DNA from: Tubulanus polymorphus
Lineage: Eukaryota > Animalia > Nemertea
NCBI RefSeq assembly: GCF_964204645.1
Contig: NC_134025.1
Coordinates: 6,200,001 to 6,264,000 of the forward strand
Reading direction: 5' to 3'
DNA length: 64,000 bases
Shown: positions 1 to 31,919 of the stretch, in pieces
Layout of the letters: each line of letters starts with the position of its first letter
Position numbering within the stretch: the first letter of the stretch is position 1
Made by a program: the position numbers and the translations under genes
Notes under the pieces: model-generated
Database searches by the model: none
What the model saw: the letters and a program-made list of their open reading frames with translations, nothing else
What the model was told of the DNA's origin: nothing

Positions 1-873
1 GGGGTTTCTGCCAAAGAATCTGGAACCTATCATCAATATATGAATTCATTTATAGATAGATAGACATTGTCATACTAATATGTCTTAAGCTTATACCTTA
101 TTCAGTGGCGGATAAGAATCTGCATTTCGTAAATAATATGTCTTCCACGGCCATGTTAGAGCACATTCTACCAAATCACCAACTTCCAAACGTTTAGAAC
201 TGCTTTCAACGATCACTCCTACTCCGCTCAGACCCCGCATTGTGTTGCCTGGTAGCCATGGTTTAAGATAATGCACTCCAGTGTCTTCATTCATGCAGCA
301 TCTCTGAATATATACCAATAAATTCTTGTAAGACATACAAGATTAAGCCCTCCCTTTATATATAGCTGGTAAACTGACCCATTAGAGATCTTTATGACGG
401 CAAAGTGAAGATCAACTTACAAGGGCAGGGTCAACAGATAGGAACAGCGTCTTAACAATAACCTCCCCAGGCTGTAAAGGACCTGTAGGATACGGACAGG
501 ATTCATGACGAAAATGTTCAATTTTAGGCTCTCCATCGACCCCTACAATCAGAAATAATAAAATGTTGACAAAGCAAGGATATAGAAGGGCGTGGTTATC
601 AGTGCAACGAATGTGTCTGTCAGTGGTGGCACTTACCAACGCAAGTGGCATTAAATGTAAAACATAAAATACATGCATCTGAATTCATTTGACATGATTG
701 ATAAACTTAAAATGAAGCCACAAAATATGTAAATTTAGCCTAGAGATCAGACTTATTGAATTTTGACTGGCCGGCGGAGCAGTCTGTCACAATCTAAGCT
801 TTTTGTCGATAGATATTTTGTAAGATATTTTACCTGGCCTGAATGCCAACGCAATGTGGAAATTAGCAGGCAT
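1..873 (-). CDS. PTGR2: Prostaglandin reductase 2-like, copy A (5' exons; gene continues off the left edge)
   Basis: ATG at 873 (MPANFHIALAFRPG), exon ~421-543 (GVDGEPKIEHFR...TLFLSVDPAL), exon 97-303 (RCCMNEDTGVHYLKPW...), GT-AG introns; paralogous to 4875-5841. Confidence 0.88.
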
Positions 874-1337
874 GCTGTAATAAGAGACTATGGAAACTGA
901 TATTATTGATGTGATCGACACCGCCAGCTGTGACACATTTGACAACTTTCAAACAGTTGTTTGCGATAGTTAGCTTGATATCTAATAACGGGGGTGGCTC
1001 CGAAAATTTCAAGTTTTGTTTCGTGGCGAGAAAATGAAACCAGAGCTCAGCATCGCAAATACAGCCCGCACGCCATCCCCGATTTTAGCGGTAAATTGAG
1101 TGGCGGTGAATGGGGTTTAGGTCAACCAAATACCTACAATTCTGCTCAGAACTATGTACCGTTAATGTTATTTGTGATGAATTATGGGTATATACACTTA
1201 ACATATAAAATCTATACAAAAAAAACCTTGCAACTGAATTTTTTGACAAACAAATCGCGATCAGGAAAACTAGTAGGCTAAAAATTTAGACGCGAGTCAT
1301 CCCCACACCCGGATCGCTGATCGATTCTTGAATGGGC

Positions 1338-1700
1338 ATGTTCTAAGCCTGGCATGGCATACCATTTGATTGGCATGTTCTTGGTTTTTCTTTAATTCTG
1401 ATCATTTCATGTTTTTATTATGCCTTAGATAATCTTAAGTATGATTCGAGAGACTAGGAAATCATCTATACACGGCCTCGTATCGTAAAGTCACGTTCGA
1501 GACACCGACGGCGATCATGTGGAGACATTCCAAATATTTATTTTCCGAGTGAAGTAAAAAACCTTATAAATTACGTGCATCCATTTAATTACATTCAATA
1601 GTAATACGATACGATCGCCTCATTCCAGCCTCTCCTCGAATTCATGAATTCATATCTAAGGCATAGTAGGCTAACTGCCACATGCCATGTTTAGAACTAA
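1338..1700. mobile_element. Degenerate foldback/MITE-like inverted-repeat element
   Basis: tatgccttagata (~1419) pairs with tatctaaggcata (~1653); outer ttctaagcctggcatg / catgccatgtttagaa. Absent from the paralogous promoter region at 5840-6200. Confidence 0.5.
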
Positions 1701-2054
1701 ACATGGAATTCGTTTTGGCACGGTTGATGCCATCTTAATTGAACAGTTCTAATCATTACCCCGGTAATTACTTTAACGGAGGGCCGATTATACACAATAG
1801 AAGACTTACAATACAATGAAGTCATCGCACCATCGATGAATGAGGTCATCGGTATATAGTTTTACGGCGGCGTACCACATAAATATGATTAAGGAGAGAG
1901 TTACTCATTCAACTTTATCGGGAAATATTGTAACACACTCATTCACTAAAGATTGTGCTAGAAGATTACGCTGGCGACGCGAGGGGCGGTAAATCGGGGT
2001 TTTTCTGTACATTCTAGATGCAAATCGATGCAAAGTTCTCTTCCATGAAATTCT

Positions 2055-2457
2055 AGGCGCTTTTACGAAACTGAATCTTTGTAAATCGATTTAAGTTTCA
2101 CGTTTACGGCACGCGGTTTAGTGAATCGGATTTGGTAAATCAACTCGTTTATGGACGCGGTTTAGTAAACTGATTTATTAAATCGACTAACTTGCTCGGC
2201 GAGCTAGTGGCGATTTAGTCAGTGAAATCCAACATGGCGTCCTCTTCGACCGCGGGCTTAAGACATGTATCGCAGACCATCATCTATCAATAATTCGGTC
2301 ACCATTGACGCCCATTTTCTTTTGAATCGCGACCTTTAAATTGATAAATTTATTCGACTCATTTACGAAACACGATTCGATTTACTAAACCTTTTGTTTC
2401 CCGACATCAAATCGGATTTAGCTAAACTGAATCAGATTCAATTTCGTAAAAGCGCCT
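2055..2457. mobile_element. Non-autonomous DNA transposon (MITE, PIF/Harbinger-like termini)
   Basis: 24-bp TIRs aggcgcttttacgaaactgaatct / agattcaatttcgtaaaagcgcct (1 mismatch), subterminal gtttagtaaa/tttactaaac repeats, no ORF. Confidence 0.75.
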
Positions 2458-2529
2458 TCAGGCGGTACCGGTAGATGAGGTTGACGGGGAACTCGGGGGC
2501 GTTAAATCGTGGTATGCCAGTCAGAGTAG

Positions 2530-3085
2530 TCTACTATTTAGCGTGAGGCAAACCAGTAAAAAAAACTACAACGTATCGAAAAAGATAAGATCTTAACAAG
2601 TCTAAAGGGCTACTCGTCAGTTCAGTCATTCAACAAACACACCTTTTCTTTGATTGATTTTATGAATTGAAAGAGTCCAACAGAAGTTGAGATATTCGTT
2701 TCAGCTCATGGAGATCAAGATCTGATTGCAAAATTACATAATATACATAGTCAAAACTTACCCAGAGCCAGTAGAATGGAAAAGGCGTGTCAAATAGCGT
2801 CCTTTGGCTGAAAATATTGTAAGTTGTTGTGTGAATATACGAGCTGTTGGATACTTAAACTTGACCTTAGAAGTTGAATCTTTTAGGTCATATGGGCATC
2901 CAAGGAATGTGCATATTGAAGATATATTTATACCATTTTATACTGATATTCTTCCGACTGAGTGAGATGGATCACTTAATGAAAGTACTGTTCTTCCATT
3001 TATACTTACTGGACTGATTGTGTATTGACTGGGAACTGTACCTGGTAACCAACTGAGAAACCATTGAATGAATTTTGAAAGTTAA
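2530..3085 (+). pseudogene. Duplicated TRAPPC10 fragment (intron 1, exons 2-3), inactivated
   Basis: Aligns to 6192-6925; no exon 1 seen; 2-bp deletion in exon 2 (cccagag vs cccaaagag), donor GT>GC, CGA>TGA stop and further indels in exon 3. Confidence 0.88.
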
Positions 3086-3575
3086 CAAGTCCAATTAGGC
3101 AGAAATAAAGGAAATTGATAAAGCTTGGAATTACAGACAATAGAATTCTTTATAATTCATGGCAAAAAAATGCATTTCCTACATCTTAATGATACGTATT
3201 TCTTAAAATTACACGCATATATTATCGGACAACATAGCGAACAGGAAAATATACGATATGGAAGTATATATGGCCTTGTTATGGCCTTGTATGAACATAG
3301 TGATTTATTTGGATCAACAGGTCAACAACAAAAAATTACAACAAATCTATCAGCATTCGTAATAAAAAGTAACTATAAAAGCAATAGAGACAGTTGTTTT
3401 CAGCAATTGATACACGATCTTCTCCACAGGATATGAAATACTAAATAAATAGAATCACTAAAAGGTTCCCTGATTAACGTGAATCATACAAGCAGGCTTC
3501 ACAATTCGCACACGTAGTAGTTTGAATGTCGGATATGATACTGTCATGTCTTCTCTTTTTCAGTATTTAACCGTT

Positions 3576-5841
<2,266 letters not shown>

Positions 5842-6162
5842 GCTGTAATAAGAGGCTTAGAAACTGATATTATCGATAATCAACACCGCCAGCTGTGACT
5901 ACATATGACATCTTTCAAACCGTTTCAAGCGATAATTAAGCTTGCTACGCAGTAACGCGGGTGGCTCCGAGAATGTCAAGGTAATCTAACGTTTTGTTTC
6001 CGCTAGTTGCCGCTAGATGGCGGCGTAAACCCGGAAATCAAATAAGTTTTATTGAATTGAATTTAAATGGCTTTTTTTAATCAAAAGGCATGTTTTCAAC
6101 GAAGAAAAAAGCGATGAAATAGTCATTGATTAACTATGATGTATGAGACGTGACGGGATAAA
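5842..6162. promoter_or_regulatory. Bidirectional PTGR2/TRAPPC10 promoter with DRE-like TATCGATA and CTCF-like motif
   Basis: Divergent ATGs 321 bp apart; TATCGATA at 5871-5878; CCGCTAGATGGCGGC at 6010-6024. Confidence 0.6.
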
Positions 6163-9100
6163 ATGGAGCACAAGCCTATCATCACATGTAAGTCTACCAA
6201 CTAGCGTGAGGCAAACCAAAGGCACAACCAGTCAAGTCTTGTTGTTAGAAAAAAGATCTCAACAAGTTCAACGAGAACCCTAACCCTACTGCAAAGGGCA
6301 AGGCTATTCTTGCTTTAGGTGTGTTCGATTGGGCTGACTGAGATGACAAGTGGTGCCTGTTCACTGTTTGGTTGGTCAGCTTGGTGATATTGACCTATAT
6401 AAACCAGCTCTTCTGATGAAGGCTGTGTGATTAAGTCAGTCGGAGTGGTCCGGTCAATTGAGTTAGCAAACGCACCTTTTCTTTGATTGATTTTATAAAT
6501 TGACGAAGTCCAACAGAAGTTGAGATATTTCATTTTATTTTAGGTCATGGAGATCAAGCACTATTCGCGAAATTACATAATACACTTAGTCAAAACTTAC
6601 CCAAAGAGCCTGTAGAATGGAAAAGGTGAGTCATATGTAGCGTCCTTTGGCTAAAAATATTGTAAGTTGTAGTGTGATAACCCGTGCTAATGGATATCAA
6701 CTAATGACCTTACAACTTATATGAATCTTCCAGGTCTTACGGGCGTCCAAGGAATGTGCATATTGATGGTATATTCGTACCATTTAGTACTGAAATTCTT
6801 CCGACTGAGCGAGATCGATCACTTATCAAAGTACCGTTCTTCCATTCATACTGGACTGATTGTGTAAGTTGACTGAAAACTGAACCGGGTAACCAACTGA
6901 GAAGCCATTGAATGAATTTAGAAATGCGTTTGATGTCATGATTCATCAATGAAGTGAACGTTTTTTCTCTAGGATACTGATGTTTATAAAACCAGTGTTA
7001 AAGAGGACATATCCCATTGGTTAGCGAGGTTAAAAGAACGTAACATATCAGACTGGTTAATAGTTTCTGTAAACTATGACGATGGCAAGAAGAAGTTGTT
7101 ACCGAGATCAACCGTTATTGACCGGGTTAAGAGTGATTTCTGTAGTAAATATCCTGACCGGTAAGTGAATGATTTATTTCCTGCTTATAAACGATCAAAT
7201 CTTGATTCGTCCGAAATTTGATCTTGTCTTAGGGTCATTAAGGACTACTTATTCGGGAGAGAAGATCCACTAGGTAGCCACATATTTGTCATGCATTTGA
7301 TTCAGAATAGAAATAATCCAGTAGGCCTATATGTTTTTAGATGTTTGTCTTTGCGGAATCCACTAAGAATGGATTCTCGGAGTATGGAATCATGGCAAGC
7401 CTTACTACAGCGTATTCGTCAACTGGCTGTTCTATCCATCGATCGCAACGTTAGTAAATATGAAGAACACATGAGAGCTCAACGTGAACGGAGAACTGAA
7501 GCGGGCTGGAGTTTCTCGAAATATTTCATGTTACAAGTTAGTTATCAACTGCTTTTAGTTGTCGGGAATGAGAATCATAGACATAGAGATGTTTGAGCTT
7601 CAGTAGCCAACCATTTGCATAATGATGACATTATATATTTCAGGAGGAGTTGGCGTTTATGCTTGAGATGTTGGGTTTATTTGAAGAAGCTATGATACAG
7701 TACGACGAACTAGATGCTTTGTTTACTCAGTTTGTTGTTAATCATGCTGCTGGAGGTATCTACGAATGTATTTCAACGCCTTTTAGAAATGTAATGAATG
7801 ATAGTAATCATAGTTTGAATGTAGATTTTGATTTTAAAATTTAAGCTATTTTGTTGTAGTAACTGTTCAATGGTTGACGTCGTTCTCGCAGAATATTACG
7901 TGCTGGGAAGGTCTGAGCTTGTCGCATACAGTTGATAAAGTGAACCGCGGACTGATCGAACAAAATAAAGCTTCGCTGCTCGATTTTCGTAATTATTTAC
8001 TATCGAGACAATGCTCGTTGTTGTTGATGTTGAATCGGCCGTGGGAGGTGGCTTCACGGTCGATACCATTCATTCATAATACTGTACAAGAGCTCGGTAT
8101 ACTAGATGTAAGTACATGAACCCGTCTAGAATTCATATTCAATTTTGAAGACTTTTGTATTGGCCGAACAGATACATGATATCCGTGTAAGATGAATACG
8201 TAAGAAGTCCCACCATAATTTCAGCAAAAGATGGAAAGTTCTTGAGTAAAATTTCGGCTTTAAACTAACAGCCATCATCAATAATTTAAAGATGAAATTT
8301 TGCTCAAAATATATACTCATTTACACAAGAACTTTCAATCTATTGCTGAAATCATTATGGGACTTGTTTATATTAAAAATTTTATTTGATTTTGTTACAG
8401 TTAAGTCTTCCACGTGGTGCTATTGCTTGTTGGGTGTTTCTGAGTTGTCGGGAGGTTTTGCAAACGTGCGAACGTTACAACGATACATCTCAGATTGTCA
8501 ATTATTCATTACACACGGCCAGTCTTTGGGAATATTCACGGAAGAAGTTAAAGGAATTGGGTGAATTGTGCGGCTTAATGCCCGATTGCGAGACTTCATC
8601 TCATCATCTAAATACAGTTGTAGATCTGATAGCTGGACTACAACATCAATCAATGCAAGAAGGTATGGTTGTGGTTCGACATGTAGAACATGCTTTTTAC
8701 ATTGAGAGGAATCTGATCCGTTGTAAATTCATATCTTTCGTATAGAGCGTCCTTCAGTTCCGTGTGATAAATTGCGCGAAGCATTATCATCGAAAGAACA
8801 TTTTCAGAAACACTATTTAGTAAGTTGTTACTATCATGCAACACTTCTTGTAAACCAATGAATTCGGGAATTTGTGAAGCAGATGTGGAAATCTATATTT
8901 GTTTTTTGCAGGAGTCAATTGAGCTGGCAATGGGAACGTTTAAGCACATCGGTCGATTGCGGTCTGCAAGGATGATTGGCAAAGACCTGGCTCAGTTTTA
9001 TCTGTAAGTTTCTTTGTATCAATAATGGATTAATGCAGCAGTTAATTATTCTTAAAAATGAATGTACCGCGTATTTGTCATGAATATTGTTACAGGAGTT

Positions 9101-11781
9101 CCGGAGAATATCCCAAAGCAGAGTCATTTCTTATAGACGCATATAAGATGTACAGATATGAAGGTTGGCACGAGCTCGCCGATACAACCCGAATAGAAAT
9201 AGCTGACTGTCAGTTATTGCAAGGCTGTGATAATAAATACATCAGATCATGTATAGTATTGTCTGGTAGTAAAACGCTCCCTGATAGTACCAGGAAAAAA
9301 TACATGGATAACCTGGTACAAAAATCTACGCAGTTAGGTTCGTAGCTGATGGAAGTGGAATTTTGTATTTTGAGTTAAACAGTGTCTTTACCACAAAAAC
9401 TGACGTTCATTACTCTTGCTTCTTTCAGACTCACAACAGTATTTACGCTTGTCCACGTTGTTTGCGTTGGATCGAATATTCATGTCTAGTCGAAGGATTG
9501 TATGCGGCGACACGGTGAAAGTAGAATTGGAAATTCACAGTAAACTGCCCGAGTCGATTGTCGTGGACATCAGTATCGCGGTTGCGCGTACGCCGGGCGA
9601 CCAGTTGACTCAATCGACGGACAATTGTTTGGATAGTTCGAACGACGATTCGCGATATCGATCTTCGAGCATATGCAGTACAACGAGTACAACCAGTTCC
9701 GGCGAGGTAGCGCTTCCGAAATTTATACCATCGTTCTCGGAGACGGTAGCGCTCGAGGAACACTACGAGTACAAACGAAAGGATTTACTAGTGATGAGTA
9801 GTTTAGTGTATCGACCGTTGTCTAGCGTCACCGGTATGAAACGACACAACAGTAATCCGCAATTAGTCCGCGACAAGGAAATCACGAAAGACAATTATGC
9901 ATCGTGTTTACATGCGCAGTCAGTAACATTGAGTCCTGGTGGCAATAACGTTGTCATAACTGGAAAGGTTTGTTTATACTATAATGTATGAATTACCAGT
10001 AGTTGTAATTTTACATTTTAACTATGAACGACCCTGTTACTTTTATATATATATTGGTACATTTACAGTATTCAGATAACTAACAAACCTGAACCTGCGT
10101 ATTTATTAGTGCCATTTTATTTCCATTCTAGGCTGAGGAACAGTCAAATTACCTCATGACACAGTTATGCATCGTCTATAATCGGATAGAGTTTCTGCGC
10201 TCACTTGTAGATATCAATCTCTCATATAGTATTGTCTGGGACAATCCGACTGTCTCTATGAGTCCTGTCGATCACGGTAAACATTTCCAAATCAAAAACA
10301 ATCAGTTCAAAAGAAATCCACTTACCGGGATCTAATGATTAATGTGACTTCTTTTATAGATTGTTTATTCGGTGGTTTAGCTCAGAATTTGTCTATCACA
10401 GTCCATTCGGGTAGTGGCGAAATAAAAGCTGGATATATCGTACGACTTAGGACTCCCAGCAATATGCGACTTTCCATATCAGAAATTGTACTGCCCGAAC
10501 TTAAACCATACCAAGATTACACTGAAACTGCCATAGTAATCACAGAATTTGTTAATGTACCAGAAATTCAGTATCAGGTAAGGTGAAGTTGAAATGTCAG
10601 TATATAGTGAAGCCAGTCTCCCAGTATGCCTAATGATGAATGAAATCTTTGTTATCCTAGGTTATGATTGAATATGACTGGCTGAATTCGAAATCTGATG
10701 TTGACTTGAATTTCCTGAGACCATTTTCGATGTCGCACAAAGTGCATACAATTATCGATCAGTGAGTAGAAAAACCTTTTATTTTCAAAGATTACAATTA
10801 CTAGTGAATAATATAATAACACTTGCACCTTATTGTTTGATCATTCATTTGGTAGTCGTAACATTATAACATTTGTTTTAGGAAATTTATACAAATTATG
10901 GTACGCAACGAATCGCAGGAAAAAGTGCATTTCATGGCTCAACAACTGGAAGTGTCACAAGCTGGTGAGGAATTAACGAATCCAAAACCAGATTCAATTC
11001 ATGTAAGGTTCTTTATAGATGTTGTTCATTGAACGATGAATTTTTCCCATCTTACTGATATTTCCAGCTATGTTAATGCATTTCCATTTAACCCATAGGA
11101 AACTAGTCCCGGCGACAAGACAATGTTTGCATGGAATCTAAGTCAATCAATGCTTTCATCGTCGTCCTGCGAGTTTAGATTGTCATATCGCAATGATAAG
11201 ATGACCAAACCACAGTCAGCCTCCTATGAGATCTCGATCAACAAGGTAATATTCGGCTCTATAAAATGGGGCCCCTGTATATTATTTATGCACTGTAATA
11301 TGAGGTTATAATATTACATTGTAGATACTGTACAACCTGAACACATCAATCACCTCGGATGGTAAACTGTACCAGTATCAGTTAGAAGTTTCACCAGTAG
11401 ATGAGCTCCCTGCTAGTCAGTTAATGTACGAAATATCATGTGATCCAAAGTATTGGCTCATACATGGAAAATACAAAGGTAACCCGACATTGCATTTACT
11501 TCCGTACCGTTACATAGGTACATTCTTTCATTTCATTAAAATGCCTCATTGATTATATTCTAGGCATGCTCCAAGACAATAATGCCACTATTTCCATGGA
11601 ACCTATCTGCAAGGGAAATTTGCCATTTCCGTCAGTTCAAATTTATCGTTATGAAAGCAACTCGATGGATGGTATCAAAAATCAAGTTGCTATTGATGAG
11701 CGCGAAATCTACGACTCCAGTCCTGTGCTAAACTTTCATATTCCAGATGATGGAAAAAATAGTAATTGTACCAGTACTTGA
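6163..11781 (+). CDS. TRAPPC10: Trafficking protein particle complex subunit 10 (Trs130), multi-exon
   Basis: MEHKPIITC|HGDQ...EPVEWKR|SYGRPR; RERRTEAGWSFSKYFMLQ|EELAFMLEMLGLFEEAMIQYDELDALFTQ; ELAMGTFKHIGRLRSAR; C-terminal PICKGNLPFP; TGA at 11781. Confidence 0.95.
8205..8365 (-). mobile_element. Palindromic Penelope-like remnant with decayed hammerhead core (TRAPPC10 intron)
   Basis: ~45-bp inverted arms (8205-8250 / 8320-8365); loop on - strand reads uUGAUGA-U-GGCU..AGCC-GAAAu. Confidence 0.55.
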
Positions 11782-14107
11782 CCATATGGTTTAACAGAGT
11801 AAGCGGTGGAAGAAGGGATTGATAAATTAGACTGGTGCTATACTGAGGTTTTTTCAGAGGATTTGCTTATTAATAGAGACAAGTTCTAGTTCAACGATGG
11901 TCTTTTCAATTTAGGATAACATACGTAACGGTATTTTCGTTTCTAGGCCATAAGAATAGTTGTGTTGTCTGTCGTCTATGTAAAATTGAACTTTTACTGG
12001 TGATTATAAGCGTTTATTGAGACAAACCACCAAATCCTTGTACATATGATCAGTTAATTGACGTGTGCCATAATACTGAAAAGAATTGGTAAAATGTTAC
12101 CCAATAAATGAACTGTTTGTTTGTTCTAACCTAAATCAGGGAATATTAATGATATCGATCATGTTTTCCATTTTACCTCCAGTAACATTGTATTTACAGT
12201 TCCTAACATTATTGTTTTAGGTAGTACTGAAGATTCTTGTTAAATTTAATTTTTAGGTGTAATACCCATTTCAACCATCACCCAATCGACACATTGACTG
12301 ACTTATATACAATAACCCTTGATTTGTCCAAACATCAAGTTTGTTGTTCTCATTAACAATCTAATAAACAGAGCAATAGTTCATTAGCATAATGGTTAAA
12401 ATGGGCATTACTTTGTGATATACTTAATACATGGTGATTTTCATTGCTGCTCCTTCAAATGTGTATTTATGTACATGTACTACATAAAATTGATTAATAA
12501 AAGTGATTTTTATTCAAATATATTGATTGACACTCTTACATTGTTATTTGGGATGGAAGAAATTAGTCCGCCGAGAAAATTTGAGGAATTCAATTCTGGA
12601 TCTGACAAATACCCGGTAGTTGGCCAAGATTCCAACTAAGTTCCACAACATTCTTAGAAGTCTTTCAGCATGATTCACAGCGACAAAAAAATAAAGATCC
12701 GACTATAAAATTCTTTATAAATCAATGTGTATATCTATTAACGTATGAATTTTCACAAATCATGATTACAATAATTGCTGTAGAAAAACATCATTAAACA
12801 TCAATTTGATCTTGGGTGTATTGAACAATCATGAAGTTGAATTTGAGCGTAATTTGATTTACATGCATTCTTAACTTGTTTAAAATATACATATACATTA
12901 CAAGTACTTCTTTGCATAGTCGTAGACCTTCGGTTGAAATGATTAGCATGTATAATGAATTGAGCGTGTATAAATTCATGTTGATTTTCAAAATATGAAG
13001 ATCATGTTGAGCAAGATGAATCTTATAGGAGAGCATTCAAACGGCAGTTATCAGTCGCTTGAGATAAATGAACCAATATCTGGAGAAAACTAATCTTGAC
13101 AAGAATTGTATTTTTCTATTCTATCAACAAAAGTCTGGGAATTTTGTAAAAAAATCAGTGAATTTTTTTTAGATAGATCATGTGTATTTTCAAACAGTTT
13201 CTGTTAATGTTTTACATATTTTGGACGTGTTGACTGATTCTTACCAGATGAGAAATGAAGCTAATCATACCAGAAAGAAAAGACTAAAAGGAGAGTTAAT
13301 AACAGCGTCTCACTAAGTCCTCGTGTACAGGCACATGGTAGGACCACACGGCCACTAAGCCGCCGTATAAATAAATACTATTTGTCTAGTTCTAATATAC
13401 AGATAAATATATATAATTAGAATACTTTTAATTATTACAACATGAATAAAATATATACATTACTTCTACTCCTACTCCTCAGTTAAACAATATCCATTGG
13501 CACCTTAACTTTAGAATAGTGTGAGTACTCTGAATTGAATTACATCTAAGGCATGAATTTCGACTTCTTATTTATGTCAGGACGGTATCAATACTCATAT
13601 ACATGAGGTTCACCAATTTGATTTAAGGCCTTTGGTGTATATTGCATATTTCTGAAATCGTTATCATCATTTTTGAGGATAGTAAAATCTCAAAAATTCT
13701 TAGTTTCATTTCAATGTATAGTAAAATAAACTTATACGTATATTTAAGAACAAGAGCAAAATATATACAACTACATAAAAATATAATAATATAGTTATTC
13801 ATATCCAGCATAGAAAAAAAAACAGGACTTCTGTCGAATAACGGTATACCGGTGGATAATAATAACACGTGGCAACAGCAGTCATTTGATAAGCAAACAA
13901 GACTCACAAGCCTGTCATTATGGACAAAATTAAACCCTGGCAAGTACAGAAATCACTGGGTAAAGAGGTCAGAAAAATATTGCATGCCAGCTCAATTCTA
14001 GCTTAGCGATTTTATATGGTAGCTTTAAGTTCTTCCATCACTGGGTTCAAATAGCACAACCTTTGAGAGTTTTCTTTTTTATCACAGTATAGATCGTAAC
14101 AACATCA

Positions 14108-29307
<15,200 letters not shown>

Positions 29308-30834
29308 TTTGATACGCGTACGTTTATACTGCAATACAATACAAAACATATCCTAACATGGGGTTTATATATACACGTTTCGTATTTTCAAGCATCATCG
29401 TTATCATTTCCGAAGATAGGAGAATTGAAGATCTCTTTCATGAAGAAGTGGAAGTCAATGGGAATCCTCGAAGACGACCAGCTGTTACGCCGTTTGAAAA
29501 GTTGCGCAAAGCTTAGTGCATGGAACGCACGAACCCGAAATATTAGACACCGGCACGGAACAATTATATGTTTTAGGCCTAATTACCGTGGACTAACGTC
29601 ACTATAATATTCCCCTATGAAAATCTCGTTTCAGTGATTTTGGATTTATCTCTCACTACGATTACATTACATGCCTTATCCACGGCAGATTGATGGGGTA
29701 TAGAATCGAACGGGCACTTATAGCAGAATAATATTAATAAAGGTACGGTACGTTATTTCCAATTTTGGCCTTTGTATGAAAATATACCTATTGGCGACTT
29801 TTCTGAATGGAAGCTTTTCGAAGCATTTTCATGAGTGTGCGATCAATGCTTTTTCACGTTTTCCAAAGAGGAATCTAAGAATTTATGATGATAATAGTAA
29901 AGTGCGAGATAACAGGTGTTCACAAAATTATAGGTAATTGAGAAGGGGTTGTTAAATCGATAGTAAAAGAGTGTGAAATGCTTGAATATTGATCCTCATA
30001 TAATGGGCGAAATTTGCCCCGCGTACGGCCGATTTTTCAGCGCAGCATGCGTTTTCCTAAAAAAACTGATGATTGCGGCAATAGTGTGTAGCAATTTTGG
30101 AAAATGAAATCATCGATTTATTACATTTCTGCATATTTCGTTTTCTATAGAATTAACCTTTCGGTCGAATGTTAAGGACTATTCCCAAAATTCAAATTTT
30201 TTGAAAAAATTGGTCTTTTAATGCAGTAATGCAGAAAAAACTAAAAGCACCGATCTTCAAAAATGGAAAAAGATTTCCCAGTCCCCGTTCGGTGAAGCGA
30301 CTTCGCCAACAAATTTCTTTCTGTAGACCCAACCTCCCCCTGGTCTCCTATGGGTTGGAAAAAACTGAGTCATTAAATCAATTGAAAAAAGTTGCTCTGC
30401 GATGTACGTGGTTGATTGATACATGTATAAGAATTCGCGGGACGCGCAGCCCTACAATGTTGAGTGCACCGATTAAGATTTTCTAGTGTTTCTCTTGATT
30501 TCAACGTACAGTGTTTATACAGTCTCATGGACGTCTTTTTCTAGGCGACTGTTTGCTCTGTCAGCCCTCGGATACGCACATGTCGATCGAATTCCGGAGC
30601 ACCAAGTCGGGTAAAATGGTCAAGCTCCGTCTTAACTGAATACGATGCAAAAATTTCCGGTATTCACCTGACAGTGGGTAGGTCGCCGTAAATAATTTTT
30701 TACGGGACCAAATTTCCAGTTAAAAATAAGATTAGCAGCTAGACGACCACAAGAATAAAGGGAAGTTGATGTTTTTGTATTATATTTCACACTTGGAAAC
30801 TGCTTATAAAAAGAAAAACATCAAAATCTTGAAT

Positions 30835-30900
30835 ATAATAATAATAATTTTATTTATATACCGCTTTACACTGCGTTTCAAGGCGGTTTACAATAATTAA
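30835..30900 (-). mobile_element. L2/CR1-like 3' tail of a LINE or SINE
   Basis: Minus strand gtaaaccgccttgaaacgcagtgtaaagcggtatataaataaaattattattatt: stem-loop followed by (ATT)n tail. Confidence 0.4.
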
Positions 30901-31339
30901 TACATTAAGATAATAATATAGTTTTAATAGGCGTATAATATATCGTATACGGAATTCCTGGAATTTTACAATCCAAGGTCGCCATCAATATCTGATCAGC
31001 AACGTTGTCTGAGCACATCCACAATAAAATTGTTAAATCCGATGTAATAAGATATTCTTATCATGTCGTCTCGGTGCCGACATCACGATTAAGAAAAAAT
31101 ATTTACGAGAATGGAGAGCTTTGTAGTCGGTCGGCCACATATATATATATTTTTGAAAATAGTTATTTCATCCACAAATTTGAAATAGGGTCGGCAGGCA
31201 ATTTTATTTTATTTCGAAAATAATTATTTGAAATGACGAACTATCGGGTCGGTCGGGCCCGAGAAACAGGGTTTTCTTTTGGTGTGGCCTTGAGATGTAA
31301 TTTCCAGGCAATAAAGAGGAAATCATGGAAAATGTGTGC

Positions 31340-31620
31340 CTGTTGAAATTATCTGCCCTTTTTCTGTGACTAAAAAACGACTATAAGTACCCTATTTTTT
31401 TCGGAATTGATTGACGAACGAATGAGCCTTCTTTTTAAATTATCTGCCCAGTCTTGTAAGAATGTGCCCTTTTCTACTTTCGTGATGAGGACGACTACCG
31501 CGCCCTTTTTTACTTTGGGGATGACATTTTTGAGAAAAAATTTGCCAACATTTTCAGACGTTAAAGAATTTGAAATCGGGCATTTTCACCAATGTATGGG
31601 AGCGATACCGGGCCCCTGGT
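31340..31620. repeat. Dispersed repeat, related copy at ~44597-45145 (CAGGG termini, hAT-like MITE)
   Basis: Shared gtgcccttt...ggacgact...ttgagaaaaaat...gacgt.aagaatt.gaaa...ttcaccaa blocks. Confidence 0.5.
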
Positions 31621-31919
31621 GAGAAGTTGAGGGAAGGCTGGAATCGATGCATCCTCGCACGGTGGGGTAAATCAAAACCCTGGCATTCCGTGGTAAGACT
31701 CATATTAACCTCACAGACAAAGCTCGTTTTCTTTTGTGGAGCCATGCCCAGGGTAAGAATAAATGAAACCCTGATCGCTTACCGGGTTCCAGTTTTAAAT
31801 ATTGCGTAAATTCCACAATCGACGAAAAAATAAAGTCCGAAAATGTTTCCTTGAGCTAGTTCAATTAGTCTCTTTCTTCTGGATCGTGTATACTTTTCAC
31901 AATTTCTGTTTTATGTCAG

